Assembly: GCF_964355755.1 (NCBI RefSeq)
Contig: NC_092678.1
Coordinates: forward strand, 25,933,365 to 25,997,364
From: Antedon mediterranea
Lineage: Eukaryota; Animalia; Echinodermata
Length of the DNA stretch: 64,000 bases
Reading direction: 5' to 3'
The first letter of the stretch is position 1, and each line of letters starts with the position of its first letter. Of the stretch, positions 1-29,114 are shown piece by piece. The notes below the pieces were generated by a model, which had not been told where the DNA came from, did not search any database, and saw nothing but the letters and a program-made list of their open reading frames with translations. The translations under genes and the position numbers were made by a program.

Positions 1-294
1 TATATTGTTTACACTGTGTATTAGTTGTGTATGTTGCTGAAGTATAGTTAGGTTTGTGTGCACACATTATGGTAATTTATTCATAATATTCATCTTCTTG
101 ATGTTGGTGAATTTCTAATAAATATTCCCAGAATCCAGTTGTATAGTGCAGACTTAGGTCATGTGTTGCGTACTTATGTCATGTGTTGCTTATTTACCAT
201 TGTTGCTTACTTAGTAATTAAGCTAACCCAAAGTAGCCATTCTTCCATCACACTTTACATAATAAAATAAACTAAACTTTTTTCTTAATTTTAG

Positions 295-828
295 GGATGG
301 TTTTCGCCGATGCATGAAAGTACAAAATAGATTGGAGGCACAGATAGAAGAATTAAAGAAAAAAATGAATGAACTACTTCAAGAAAGGAGAGTTGGTAAA
401 GAAGAAGCATTCCAACACTTGCAAGCTATTCTGCAGGTAGCTATTGTACAGACCTCTTTCAAAACTAAATACTGACAAATGTAACCTGTTTAATTAAAAT
501 GACACATTTCATTTTTCAGTTGCAATCTATTCTGCAGGTAGCTATTGCAGATCTCTTACAATACTAAATACTGACAAATGTAACCTATTTAATTAAAAAA
601 GACACTTCATTTTTTCAGATGCACGAAAACGTACTTAATGCAACGTCACCAACAGCACTACCCCACAGTCTTGAGGTTCCATCAGAAGCTAGCGAGCCAC
701 TCTCGGACTCAATTGATGGTAATTTGAATAACATGTCATGGTTACCACCCCCTTTTGTCAGCAGCCAGCATGTTCCTGAAACAATTGAAGCAGATCCACA
801 TGCAGGGATAATGCAAACTGATTTATAA
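295..828 (+). CDS. 3' end of an unidentified coiled-coil protein with a C-terminal class I PDZ-binding motif (-QTDL*); partial
   Basis: Exon 295-436 (tttag|G GAT GGT...CTG CAG|gtagc) reads DGFRRCMKVQNRLEAQIEELKKKMNELLQERRVGKEEAFQHLQAILQ. It splices in phase 0 to 619-828 (ttcag|ATG..., MHENVLN...AGIMQTDL*). Family not recognised. Confidence 0.65.
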
Positions 829-1879
829 AATAACACAACAATTTATTTGTAAAAAATAGTGACACAGATGTCATGAATGATTTGTTTTATTAACATCTGG
901 AATTGGATGATTTTAAGTTGGAAATTATGGGCTGTCAACTGCAACTGGGATATAGACAATAGCAGTTATAACAATAGAGTTATAATGGGGTTGGGGTATG
1001 ATGATAAAAGACACTATTTTGAGTGTCGTCATATCTTCTCTTTTTACTGTATCTTTAGTATTCATGTATATAATCAATTATTAAAATTCAGGACATTATA
1101 CCTTGCTTTCAAATACAATAAAATATATACAGTATATATATATATAGTATATATGCTAAACCAAATAAGATACCCTTTCCACATTAAGAAGTTACAGCTT
1201 TCAAATACAATAAAATATATACAGTATACAGTATATATGCTAAACCAAATAAGATACCCTTTCCACATTAAGAAGTTACAGGGTTATCATTTATATACTA
1301 CAGTATTATGAATTCAAACAATAATGCTTTTCATGATTTTGGTGTATGTACCAAATTTAAAGTCAATTTTAGTTATATTGTATGATGTGCCTTATACTAA
1401 GAAGAGTAGTCATAACCTGTAATGATGACATATTGTATGGAACGCCTCCTCTGCCTTCAGTTCACATTTATCATGCAGTACACACCAATGGTCATAACCT
1501 GTAATGATGACATATTGTAGATACAGTAGTGGATTCTGTATATAAACTGTATATTATATTTTAATAATAATCTTATTATGTTGCCTTTGACTATTTTATC
1601 TTGACACCTTGCTTTTACTCCGTCTGTAATTCAGTGTTTATTTGCTCGTCAGCTGAATTTTAGTTTAGTATGAACTTAATGAAAATGATAAAATAATATA
1701 TAATTAATGCTAGTGTGCACTGAGTATTATGAAAATATAAAATTGATCAAATGTTTAGATAATGTAGACGTTTTAAACTGAAACTATTTATCATGTATAA
1801 ATTTTATATTCTTGAATTAAATTTGTATAGGTGGTAACTATATACAAACACAAATACCCTGATAAATAGATTTTCACCC

Positions 1880-2255
1880 CTAATCCTGGTCCAAGTACCT
1901 TTAAACTAATCCTGGTCCAAGTACCTTTAAACTAATCCTGGTCCAAGTACCTTTAAACTAATCCTGGTCCAAGTACCTTTAAACTAATCCTCGTCCAAGT
2001 ACCTTTAAACTAATCCTGGTCCAAGTACCTTTAAACTAATCCTGGTCCAAGTACCTTTAAACTAATCCTGGTCCAAGTACCTTTAAACTAATCCTGGTCC
2101 AAGTACCTTTAAACTAATCCTGGTCCAAGTACCTTTAAACTAATCCTCGTCCAAGTACCTTTAAACTAATCCTGGTCCAAGTACCTTTAAACTAATCCTG
2201 GTCCAAGTAATTTCAGAAATCTCCTAATCCTGGTCCAAGTACCTTTAAACTAATT
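1880..2255. repeat. 26-bp minisatellite (taatcctggtccaagtacctttaaac), about 13 copies
   Basis: Directly visible head-to-tail repeats; period 26 (1881 to 1907). Confidence 0.95.
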
Positions 2256-2763
2256 TCAGAAATCCCCTTTTTTTTCAAAAACACCAAAGAGAAGCAACAT
2301 TTCAAAACCTCTAGTCTGTAACTTTATTTTTCAAATTATCTCAGTCAAAACGGCAGTAATTACTAATATATTATGAGTAATGTTAATCAATAGTGATCTT
2401 GCCTCCACAACATTTTGATTCAACAAATTAATTAAATTGTTTATAGGTGAAATAGCCTATCTACTTATGTGTGGGTAGTGTCCGAGTTCCAGTCTGACGT
2501 CTATGTGTGTGCATGTTTTTTTTGTTTGTAGTATATTAAGATATACAGATATAAAAATACAATTGAATAGTATTTTACATATTGATCCTTTACCTTTGCT
2601 AACTTTGGTATAATAAAATAAATAGGAAATGTTCTTTGTAATTTATTCTTGACAGTCTTGTTTATTCTAAGTACTAGAGTAGTGTTCAATGGCACCAGTT
2701 GCGTAAGTTCACAACATTTGATGACAGCATGACAGATTTTAATTTGATGCATGAATTTTGTTA

Positions 2764-3038
2764 TAGCGCCCTCTGATTTGTTGCTTTTATTTTACACATA
2801 ATCATCTGACAGTTCCCGTGTATCTCACACAATCTCTCTTATAGTTAAACTGTTTGGTTTGATTCGAAATTTCGGTATATCAATTATTTGAGCATCTCAA
2901 CCATCTCATATTCCCCAAAGAACCGTGAGAAATTCTAGGACACTAACGTCAAAAAAGGGTATTCCCGGTTCTCACACACAAAAGTATGACGTCAAAATTC
3001 CCAGCATTCTTGGTGGTAGGTGGTACATTCGCTAAATC
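2764..3038 (+). promoter_or_regulatory. Probable USP15 promoter
   Basis: Perfect CRE TGACGTCA at 2987-2994; ZNF143/Staf-like AATTCCCAGCATTCTTGG at about 2996-3013; TAGCGCCCTCTG at 2764-2775; locally CpG-richer, immediately upstream of the ATG at 3039. Confidence 0.5.
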
Positions 3039-19330
<16,292 letters not shown>

Positions 19331-20021
19331 ACATTGTGTGTCTAAAACAACAAACTGAAATACAATTCAAAGATGTTTGCAGCAAGGATTTCACATGCAG
19401 GACAGTAGGCAGCTGTGACTTGTTGTAAAACAGATAATTTAATGCTGATTCCAATTACAAATGAAAGCTTTAGCTATAAGTAAATGTAGAGTGAATATTG
19501 TGTACAGCTAATAAACATAGCATATACTGAACATATGAGTTTATGAAATCAATTTGGCTAAAATACATTTATATTACAATGGGTTATTAATTTCATATAA
19601 CATCCCTCCCCTGTAATGGAACAGTCCATATTTATGTACATTCCTATTTTAAACGTCCTCTTCAATTCATCTTCATGTATTTTATCAGAAATGATGGCGC
19701 AATAATACAAAGTCCTAAAAATACATATGAGATAACAATAAATCCAAAGCATGTGTTCATATATCCATGGTACTATCCCATTAAACATCAAATTTACTGA
19801 AATATATTTTAAGATAAATGGATGAAATGTATGATTGATAGAACAACTTGTTTTTGTTCATTGCTTTTGTTTGAAACAGTTTAGACAAATCAAAATTATT
19901 TTATTAAGTGAATACAATGAATTGTCTATTTAAGAATTCGCATAAAAAGTTATCAAGTTATATATCTGTATCATAAATGCATTATAGTTTTGCACATATA
20001 TATTTTACATTAGTATTGTAT

Positions 20022-20431
20022 GATTACCTTAATATTCACCTACAACAGCAAGACATGATACTGTATAGGTCCCATAGACTATTACCTTAATATTCACCTA
20101 CAACAGCAAGACATGATACTGTATAGGTCCCATAGACTATTACCTTAATATTCACCTACAACAGCAAGACATGATACTGTATAGGTCCCATAGACTATTA
20201 CCTTAATATTCACCTACAACAGCAAGACATGATACTGTATAGGTCCCATAGACTATTACCTTAATATTCACCTACAACAGCAAGACATGATACTGTATAG
20301 GTCCCATAGACTATTACCTTAATATTCACCTACAACAGCAAGACATGATACTGTATAGGTCCCATAGACTATTACCTTAATATTCACCTATACCAGCAAG
20401 ATATGATACTGTATAGGTCCCATAGACTATT
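20022..20431. repeat. 58-bp minisatellite, about 7 copies, downstream of or in the USP15 3' UTR
   Basis: Unit attaccttaatattcacctacaacagcaagacatgatactgtataggtcccatagact. Confidence 0.93.
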
Positions 20432-21370
20432 TTATTTTGCAGTTGATTTCTTTATATTGTACAGGAGATATATAAGGATTTACTAGGTATAGCAGAAGGT
20501 AGTGATTCCAGGGCCTAATACACATACTGGTCCTTTCAGTTTTTATATTTTAAACATCAATAATATTTCATTACTAATTTAATATTGTATCTAACAATTC
20601 CATACATTTTAGTGAAAATAATGTGGAAACATGTGAAGTTAGGGGTGTGATATTCATTTTATTATTTGCAGACTTGCTTTCGAATCGAAGGAGTACAAGC
20701 TGCATACAATTTGGTTGTACTCTGAGAAATTATCGTCATACATCATATTTATAGCCCATGTATTGTTTAAAGGTCACTCCAACTTTGAGAGGGCATGTTT
20801 TTTTTTCCTTCAATCAATCTTTCCAATAGTTGTATGTACCCAACAAAACAGTATATTTATATTATTTGTGGTTTGCAAGGAAAGTACAGTAATTCAGTGT
20901 TAATTTTTAGTCAGAAATTGTTATATTTTGTGTAATTTATTCAAATGTAGTTTATAATTTATACAATAATTTAATAACAATTGGGTAAAATTGAAAATGC
21001 TTCACAAATAAAATTTAACAAATAAAGCTATAATTCTATCAGTTTAGCTGTTGTAAAATTGTTTAATTTTTTATGAAATTTGTAACTAATTTGTGTAGGT
21101 TACGGTAGTTAAATAATTTTATTCAGCTGATCCCTCTAGCCAACTTTACCATATGTTTCATACTTAAGCAGCAGAGAATCAACTTAAGTCATGCTGCTTT
21201 ATAATATTACTGGCCTATCATTTTATTGTAGTCAAGAAGTACAAAACATAATAAGAGACACAATATTTTACTAGATTTTATTTAATACAAATTACTAAAC
21301 TGGAATGAATATAGGAAAGGTAAAACATTTTATATTTTGTACGATGAAGTCAGTTATTGTTGGCGTGTAT

Positions 21371-22201
21371 TCATAGATCAATGGTTTCTGTGGAATCTGG
21401 TTGAAGATAACGTTTATTTCCAAACTCATCTGTAAACATGACTGCATTACCAACTGGATTGAACAGCTCCCAAAGTTTCTCAAACTCCCCTTTATATGGA
21501 TGGACAATTAGTGGTTCGTTTGTGACCAACACATTCTCATTGTTGCCCAAGATGGCGTGCCGTGTCCAATTCAACGATCCATTTAAAAGTACGATACCAT
21601 CAATAATTATAAATTTATGATGCATCAAAAAGCTTGAAAGGTCTGTGCGTACATCAATTCCATTTTTACGTAGATTTCCAATGTGGTTGCCAGATAAGTT
21701 AATAGATTCATCATCTGTAATAACTCGAACGACAACTCCTTTCTTGTGCAATTCGATAAGTATATTTAAAATGACTTTATTCGATAAGGTATACACGCAT
21801 ACATCAATTGATTTCTTTGCTGATTGCACGTAACGTGTGAGTTTCACAAATGGCGATACTTTGTGACTAAATCGACAATTGCTGTTAGTGCATCCGCTTC
21901 CCCAGAAATGGTGTTTACACGGTTCATGGCTTTCTGGAAAGAAGTGCACTTCGTGAAAGATGTTCAGTTGTGAGCTTGGACGGGTGCCGTTATCTGAAAG
22001 TGTTGCATATTCAATAGCGGGCAGAGATAGTCTTCGGTGATTTCTTTGAAACATTCTTATGAAGTACTGGCAACAGTAAGTTCTTGCTTGTGACAAAGAA
22101 TCTCTGAAGGTTTGTGATTTACATCCCATATACAGCATGTACAACACCTCAGAAACCACACCAGCACTCAGGAAGGCAGTTGCCCATACTTTGAAACTCA
22201 T
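21371..22201 (-). CDS. PLD6: Mitochondrial cardiolipin hydrolase / Zucchini nuclease (PLD6), single coding exon, 276 aa
   Basis: First ATG at 22201 (MSFKVWATAFLSAGVVSEVLY, hydrophobic anchor); CCCH motif CKHHFWGSGCTNSNCRFSH; SAKKSIDVCVY; GVVVRVITD; single HKD motif MHHKFIIIDGIVLLNGSLNWT; NNENV; EFEKLW. Confidence 0.95.
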   Translation of the reverse strand: MSFKVWATAFLSAGVVSEVLYMLYMGCKSQTFRDSLSQARTYCCQYFIRMFQRNHRRLSLPAIEYATLSDNGTRPSSQLNIFHEVHFFPESHEPCKHHFWGSGCTNSNCRFSHKVSPFVKLTRYVQSAKKSIDVCVYTLSNKVILNILIELHKKGVVVRVITDDESINLSGNHIGNLRKNGIDVRTDLSSFLMHHKFIIIDGIVLLNGSLNWTRHAILGNNENVLVTNEPLIVHPYKGEFEKLWELFNPVGNAVMFTDEFGNKRYLQPDSTETIDL

Positions 22202-22299
22202 GATTCTCAATTTTCTAATAATCTAGGCCTAGGCCTAGGCTATCAACTTGTCTTGACATATCTATAATATTCAACTTAATTATTGTGAATGTCAAACAG

Positions 22300-22580
22300 C
22301 TCCCATGCCAAATCACGACTGATAGTCTGAAATATACAGTTATTTGACAAGAAAAGAGAGTAGCCAACCAGGGGAGCCACACCAAAGCCGTGAACTTCCG
22401 TTTTTTTTTAATAAAAAGTTGTTGTTTTCGAGATTTTTCGTGGGGGGTCTGTATAACGCCCTCAAGCGTTTTCATGCTTCAGAAGAGAGCAGTGATTACT
22501 CTAATTGGGGAGAGGAGAGAGCTGAGATACGTATTCATTAATAAAGATAAAAACAAAATTTGAAGTAATAAAAGGTAAGT
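22300..22580. promoter_or_regulatory. Probable bidirectional promoter for PLD6 and TMBIM4, with a non-coding TMBIM4 exon 1
   Basis: CpG-richer patch with ETS-like ACTTCCG at about 22394-22400. Strong donor AAAG|GTAAGT at 22573/22574 could join the acceptor ttttag at about 26206, just upstream of the TMBIM4 ATG. PLD6 starts about 200 bp away on the other strand. Confidence 0.5.
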
Positions 22581-22880
22581 GAATACACCCTTATTTTAAA
22601 TCTCATTTCTATGATCTCAGTGTAGTAAGTAAGTAAGTAGGCCTAGGCTAAATATCTATCTATAATCGTACCGTATCTATCATCAGTCTCTTTTGTCTAG
22701 GCTCCCTCTAGCTGCTAACTAATAATACTTCTGGGCCTACTAGGCTAGGCCTAGGCCTAGGCCTAGTACCTATAGTATATAGGCCTAGCCTAGCTAGCCA
22801 GGAGGTAATAATAATGTAATGAAAGGAAGGTAAAGGGTGAGGTTCTACTGCCACTGGCGGTACTACTACGTACGAGACTG

Positions 22881-24096
22881 GGCGCTAATGCAGTTTCGTA
22901 CCCACCCCTTAAAATTACTCCAAATGATTTCAATACTTCATCTAGCCTACTCACGAGTTGTCTACAGCATTCAGCAAGCATAAAATGGTAAAAGGTCGAT
23001 AATTTCTTATTTATAACTATTTTTAATCAATTAATAATTGAGCACCCTTCAGAAATCCATCGCCAGCTTAGCTTCGCGAAAATCATCGCTAGGCCTGCCG
23101 ATGAAAGTACGGAGGCCTCATAGGGCATCGATCTATAGAGGACGCTGTTATATGATCATATTATGGCGATAATAAAATATTTTTTACATGTTCCTCGTGT
23201 AACGGATTTTAAGTTTTTTTCATAAAGAAATATTTTGTGTTTAATTATGTTGAATTCTATTTATTTTGAATGTTGTGTGTTATTGTCTTGTCAAATTATA
23301 TTTTTTGTAAGGGTCCCTAATGATCAGCTTCGGCTGGATGGACCACCCTCATAAAATATTGTTGAAATAAATTAATGAATAGACATGAAATGATGTATTC
23401 AGTGTCAGCAGAAGTAAAATAAATTCTAGTAATTGATGGAAAACATTTTTATTATAATTATTGTATTACTGTACATTACATTTCAATAAATTATATCTTT
23501 CTGTTTTTTAATTCTTTTTATTCATTTCATTTATTTATTTGACCTACAAACCATAATGTAAAATAAACTAAAACAGAGGAAAATTGGTCAGTACTTATAT
23601 CTTCAAGAGTCAGCAGTTCCATATTTATCTTCTTTTCTGTGTGAAATTCTACTAGTAAAATGAAAGAACAAATTAAAAACATAACATAATTATGATGATA
23701 CCCACAATGATGAATACAGCAATTGTATAGTATTTCTTTTCTTTATTAAAAATACGAAACGCATGTCGGAAATAATGAAAATTATAATTATTTGGTGCGT
23801 GCTTTAAACGTTAGTAACTACGCCCTCTATAAAACGCAACTGTTTACTCTATAGAGTTAATGTCCTGTGAGGCCTCCGTACTTTTATCGGCAGGCCTAGC
23901 GATGATTTTCGCGAAGCTAAGCTGGCGATGTATTTCCGAAGGGTGCTCAGTATTAATTGATTAAAAATAGTTTTAAATAAAAAATTATCGATTTTTTACA
24001 ATTTTATGATTGCAGAATGTTGTAGACAACTCGTGAGTAGGTTGGATGAAGATTTTGAGTAATTTTAAGGGGTGGGTACGAAACTGCATTAGCGCC
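22881..24096. mobile_element. Non-autonomous DNA transposon with about 250-bp TIRs and an 8-bp TSD (Merlin- or Mutator-like)
   Basis: TIR GGCGCTAATGCAGTTTCGTACCCACCCCTTAAAATTACTC... is mirrored at about 23830-24096; TSD CGAGACTG at 22873-22880 and 24097-24104; 5'-GG terminus. Confidence 0.85.
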
Positions 24097-24184
24097 CGAG
24101 ACTGATGTAGGCCTAGATGGCCTAGGTCCAAACGCGCGGTCCTTTTAATAATAGCCTCTGGAAAAGGACTTGGGCAGAAGCTAG

Positions 24185-26077
24185 GGTGTCAGATGAAATC
24201 GGTCGTGCTTGAAATCGGTCGCGTTTGAAATTGGTCGCGATAAAATCAACTTCCGGTATTTTGTATGGCGCGCCGCTAGAGCTATACTTTTGATGATATC
24301 GGTCGCATTTGAAATCGGTCGCGTTTGAAATCAAACAATTACGTAAAAGAGAACAATTTATTTAAAAACAATAATTTTTACAATATAGCCCGTAAAGCCA
24401 GCGTATCCATTTTTATACTTATGCATACTGTGGCAGATATATCATATCCATGTCGTTAACAACATCCCTATTCGATCACCTTATTTTTATTTCGATCCGT
24501 TATGTAGGATAATATTAAGTGTATAATGATTATAGGTCTTTTGTTATTTAAACTTTGACCCTTGGCTTGTGTTATTTAATTAGTTGTTTTTTTTAAATTT
24601 TATTCATTGGACTTGGTAATGACTCCATGATGGAGTCGAAACATCGTTCTTTTTTTAAGCGTTGTTTTTCTATTACGTATTTATAATGATTATTGTTGAG
24701 GCAAATCACGTGTATATTTTTATTTCTAATGTTTAAAATAGTTTTTAGTAAAATGATCATTATATGCGGATGGTTAAAAGGCGAGTTACTGAAATAAACC
24801 CCCGAATAAGCCATATTGTGGAGATGCGCCTTCTATGATCGTGCAGCTGTTTCCCCTAACAATACGTTATTTTGCTGACGGGGTTTCCCCTTTTTTAAAA
24901 AACATGCACTTGTTAGTGTTAAATCATGGACAAAACACGTACGATCGTTGTCCATGGCGAGGTAAAGATGACGTCTATTACTAATAACCATACGTTTGAA
25001 ACGTCTATAGGCCTGTAGGCGTCCTGCATGTGTTTTTGTGAAACGATCCAATGAGCTATAGATGCTCGACGCGATTATGAGATTATGTTCATTCATTCTT
25101 TATTTAGCCTTTAAAATCGAAATACATTTAAAACATAGGTAACAAAATCAAGACACGTGGAAATCTAAGGAGGCAAGGATAAGCAAAAGCAATTAAAATC
25201 GCTGTAGCTCACAGGCTTGCTTATCCATAATAATTCCGAATAAAGCACTGTTTCTATAATTTGACAGTATGATTTATATATAATTTACGTATATACGTCG
25301 GCGATAGGTCTACTATAGATTTTAATTTGAATATCTTTTATTTCTTCATTTATTAATCATTTAATGTAAATAATTAAGTAAGTGCAACTCAGTGTCTCAC
25401 ATTCATACGCCGTTCGTAAATATCTAAATGTTTAAATATCAGTGCAGATTACCTCTTTGAGAATCGTGTCCACCTTTATTATCCATACATTATTATTCTC
25501 ACATAGTCTATCATTGTACATCATAGTCCTAATGTAGGCTGGTAGATTGATTTATAACGGCATATTATCTATATATTTTATTAATATCCTAAAACCATAC
25601 GTAATTGTTTGCATAATAAAAGACACGACATACGTATATTCTCTATATAATATATTAATTACAGTACATATAAATAGAGGAATTATTATATGCCTAATAT
25701 AACATTATGCCTAATATAATATTTAAACGTGTTTAGAAATGGCCATTGAAAAGACAGTCCTTCTCCGAGACCTGTGAAATACAAAAAAAAAATAATTTAA
25801 TGATTGATAATAAATATTTATTAACCAAGTACAGTACACATAAATAATCTAGTTCCTAAAAAATATAAATTAAATCTATATAAACGAAAAATGTATATCC
25901 CGCTCTAGCATCCAGCATCCCGCTCGATCCATACAAAATAGCGCGACCGATTTCACACGCGACCGATATCAAAAGTATAGCTCTAGCGGCGCGCCATACA
26001 AAATACCGGAAGTTGATTTTATCGCGACCGATTTCAGACGCGACCGATTTCAGACGCGACCGATTTCATCGTAAACT
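24185..26077. mobile_element. Non-autonomous foldback/Mutator-like DNA transposon with modular TIRs and an 8-bp TSD
   Basis: TIRs built of GAAATCGGTCGCG modules plus ataaaatcaacttccggtattttgtatggcgcgccgctagagctatacttttga, inverted at about 25940-26070; direct repeat GAAGCTAG at 24177-24184 and 26078-26085; the outermost 7 bp are imperfect. Confidence 0.8.
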
Positions 26078-26240
26078 GAAGCTAGCTTACTACTAAACCA
26101 AACAAATTCTATTTTTACTCATTTATAGGCCTAACCAGCCATACATACATACAGAACAGAAAGGAGAAAATATTGAACTGAACCGTTTTTATATTCTTTA
26201 TTTTAGCTTTTTATATAATTCATTTTACTTCGTCGTAATC

Positions 26241-27639
26241 ATGGAAGTAATTGACATAGAAAGTGGTAAACAGTCTAGTATTGAAGATGACTTTAATTAT
26301 GGAAGTAATGTTGCAACAGCACACATTCAAGTTCGTATGGGTAAGTAAATATGACAATAGTTAACAAACTATAGTAAATAGTACTGTGACTATACTCAAA
26401 TCTGTATTCCTTCTAAATATAAATAGATCATGTTTTGTATGCTAGTCTACGAATAAATTTCAAATGTATCACTAGCAATTGTAGTGTAGATGGATCAAAC
26501 TCAAATGTTTAAACTTTGTAATTTAAATGGATCATAAATGTTTTATATGCTAATTATAAATTTCAAATTTATCTGTTGTAGGTTTTTTGCGTAAGGTGTA
26601 TGGAATTCTATCCTTACAGCTAATTGTTACCACCGTCACTGCAGCCTTGTTTATGTCATCATCCACCATAAAGGGTTATGTACAACAAAGGTACAATTTT
26701 TAATTTAGTTTCTTCAACTTATTTAAATAATATTAAGACATGGGCTTTTAAATAATTGGTACATGACAGAGATCATGGGTGTTGTGGAACCAGTGACTAT
26801 TACAATAACAGAATCAATACTGTGTAACAGTGTGAATAATGGTACATATTACATTAATGTTGTTTAGTTCTAGATATTTCATGTTTTCTATTATTAGTGT
26901 GTAGCTCCTTAATGTTTTATAAATGGTTTTTTTTTCAGTTCTGGATGTTTGATGTTAGCATGTATTCTTTCACTAGGCCTTATTGTAGCATTAATGGTTA
27001 AACGTCATGAATCGCCTACAAACATGTACCTTCTGTTTGCTTTTGTAAGTATTTTATATCATTTGTCCTAAATTTAGACTACAGTATATTCTATATTCAA
27101 ACACTGATGTGATGCATGCATTATTAACATGTTTTGTGTCATATAGACTTTTGTAGAAGCATACTCTATTGGTACAGTGGTCACATTCTACGATGTAGAT
27201 GTTGTGATCCAGGCATTTGTGTTAACGGCTGCAGTCACTCTAGCACTTACGTTCTATACACTTCAAAGCAAAAGAGACTTCACTTCCTGGGGTGCTGGGT
27301 AGGTAATCTACATGTCTATAGCATACTATATTAATATTTTTGCTTGATTAGAACAATTAATAAGCAACCATACTTTCATGTTTCAGATTGTTTTCAGTTT
27401 TGTGGGTGTTGATTTTTGCAAGCATACTACAGCTGTTTTTCCAAAGTGAAGTAATGAATCTGATGATTGCCGTTGGAGGCGCTGTTCTCTTCTCGCTGTT
27501 TATCATTTATGACACTCATCTTTTAATGCATAAATTGTCACCAGAAGAGTACATCTTGGCGTCTATTAACCTTTATTTGGATATTATAAACCTTTTCTTG
27601 TACATTCTCCGTATCCTTAATGAAGCAAAGAAACGATAG
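26241..27639 (+). CDS. TMBIM4: Protein lifeguard 4 / Golgi anti-apoptotic protein (Bax inhibitor-1 family)
   Basis: Exons 26241-26340 ([22 protein letters not shown]), 26582-26690 ([14 protein letters not shown]), 26939-27044 ([13 protein letters not shown]), 27147-27298 ([14 protein letters not shown]), 27387-27639 ([39 protein letters not shown]...*); phases are consistent. Confidence 0.95.
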
Positions 27640-28620
27640 GAGTAAGAAATCATTCCAGGACAAAAAGGTTTCATTCAAGTGATTCTAGTGCAAAATGCAT
27701 TCTTGGCATACATTTTAAATTGTTATTTCTTTACATCAGTCATGGGGATATATTTTATCTTCATGCATCAATTGAAACTCCTCTGTATTAATATTTTAAT
27801 TGCTGTTACTACTATAAGTTGTTTTTAGATATCATAAGGATATTTGATTGTGTATTTAGAGGTGCATGGAGGTATAAGGTGTAATTAAATATATTTTCGT
27901 AAGTTTAATATATGAAACTAAAGTAATATTAAATATATGGGTTTTCACTGCATAGATTTAGAGTTGGAGGAATAAGATTAAGAAATAATACTTAATTGTT
28001 GTGAAAGAGGTGAATTTGTTTGTTATTATACAGCACAGTAGACACTGATGCTTCTAGGGAGGAAAGATCTGACAGGTGAATTTTATGTATTTAAAGCAAT
28101 AAAAACAAATTGGGACACAGCTCTATTTTTGTTGTTATTTGTGTTTACGTTGTCACTTTTATATTCATCATTAACGTCATAATGTAATTTGTCAGCGTTG
28201 AGGGCGCTAAAAGAGTAATGTTTATTTTTAGACGATTACGTAATTGTTTACAGCATTTCCTTATCTCACGGTTGGTTGGTTAAGTTGTTCACTACTGTCG
28301 GTGCCACACACAACCCAACAAACAACAGTAGGCATTATTAGTAGAGATCGAATTTAATGGAATGAGTTACTTGAAGGTTTGTATATAAAGAAATTTTAGG
28401 GTTTGTTAATTACTTATTTGATGATGATGTTGCATTATATTGCTCCATGATTATATTATTAACAATATGCAATTTCAGATCAACCATTGGCTGTTTTAGT
28501 TATTAGAGGCTGGGATCGTTTGGTTGTGCACGATCGACCCTCTTTCTCCCAATAACATGGCGCGCCACTCTCGTCATAATTTACCTTTCTTTATGAAAAT
28601 TCCGAACGATATGTTCGGAA

Positions 28621-28983
28621 TTTATTTTTTTTTTTTTTATTTTTTATTTTATGTCTTTAGGCAATGTGGCCAAGGATTACCAATAGTGAATTAATCACTG
28701 TCCTATCAGATAGGTGGTAATCCCCCTGATACAGGGGCTATTGTGTGAACCAGTTCACCGGGGTAACCCCCTACTCTTTTTCGAATAATGAACTGGGTTC
28801 TTTAAAGTACACACAGGTTATAACTGTGTACACTGGACCTACGGTTTATAGTCCTTATCCGAGAAGACTTGTTCCACCACCAGAACTAGGAGCGAGTCGG
28901 CCTCGAACCCTTGCCGATGTTGTTGTTGGCTCTTTAGGTACGGTAAACGGCGCCCCTGCCTTAACCGCTCGGCCATACGCCTC
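28621..28983 (-). mobile_element. tRNA-derived SINE with a Deu/Nin-type conserved core (DeuSINE-like)
   Basis: Minus strand: A box TGGCCGAGCGG (28965-28975), B box GGTTCGAGGCC (28899-28909), core GTCTTCTCGGATAAGGACTATAAACCGTAGGTCC...AAAGAACCC...TTCGAAAAAGAGTAGGGGGTTACCCCGG that resembles the Deu domain from memory, and an A-rich tail (T run at 28621-28650 on +). Confidence 0.8.
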
Positions 28984-29114
28984 AAATGTCAAAAAAAGTA
29001 GTGTAAATAAATTGTTTTGCACTGTGACAACCAACCAATGCTAAATACTTAACTAGTAACTTAAACTAGTAGTACGTGTTGTTTTTAGCGTGCTGTGCCA
29101 CCACAATATTATAA

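Noticed and set aside
877-1311. 144-aa ORF downstream of the first gene
   Set aside because: AT-rich, low-complexity 3' UTR-like sequence containing a local duplication of about 95 bp; no recognisable motif.
22202-22210. PLD6 start at 22210 as given in the ORF track
   Set aside because: That codon is TTG; the first ATG in frame is at 22201.
28890-28983. tRNA gene
   Set aside because: A and B boxes are present but there is no cloverleaf, and it continues into a SINE core and A-rich tail.
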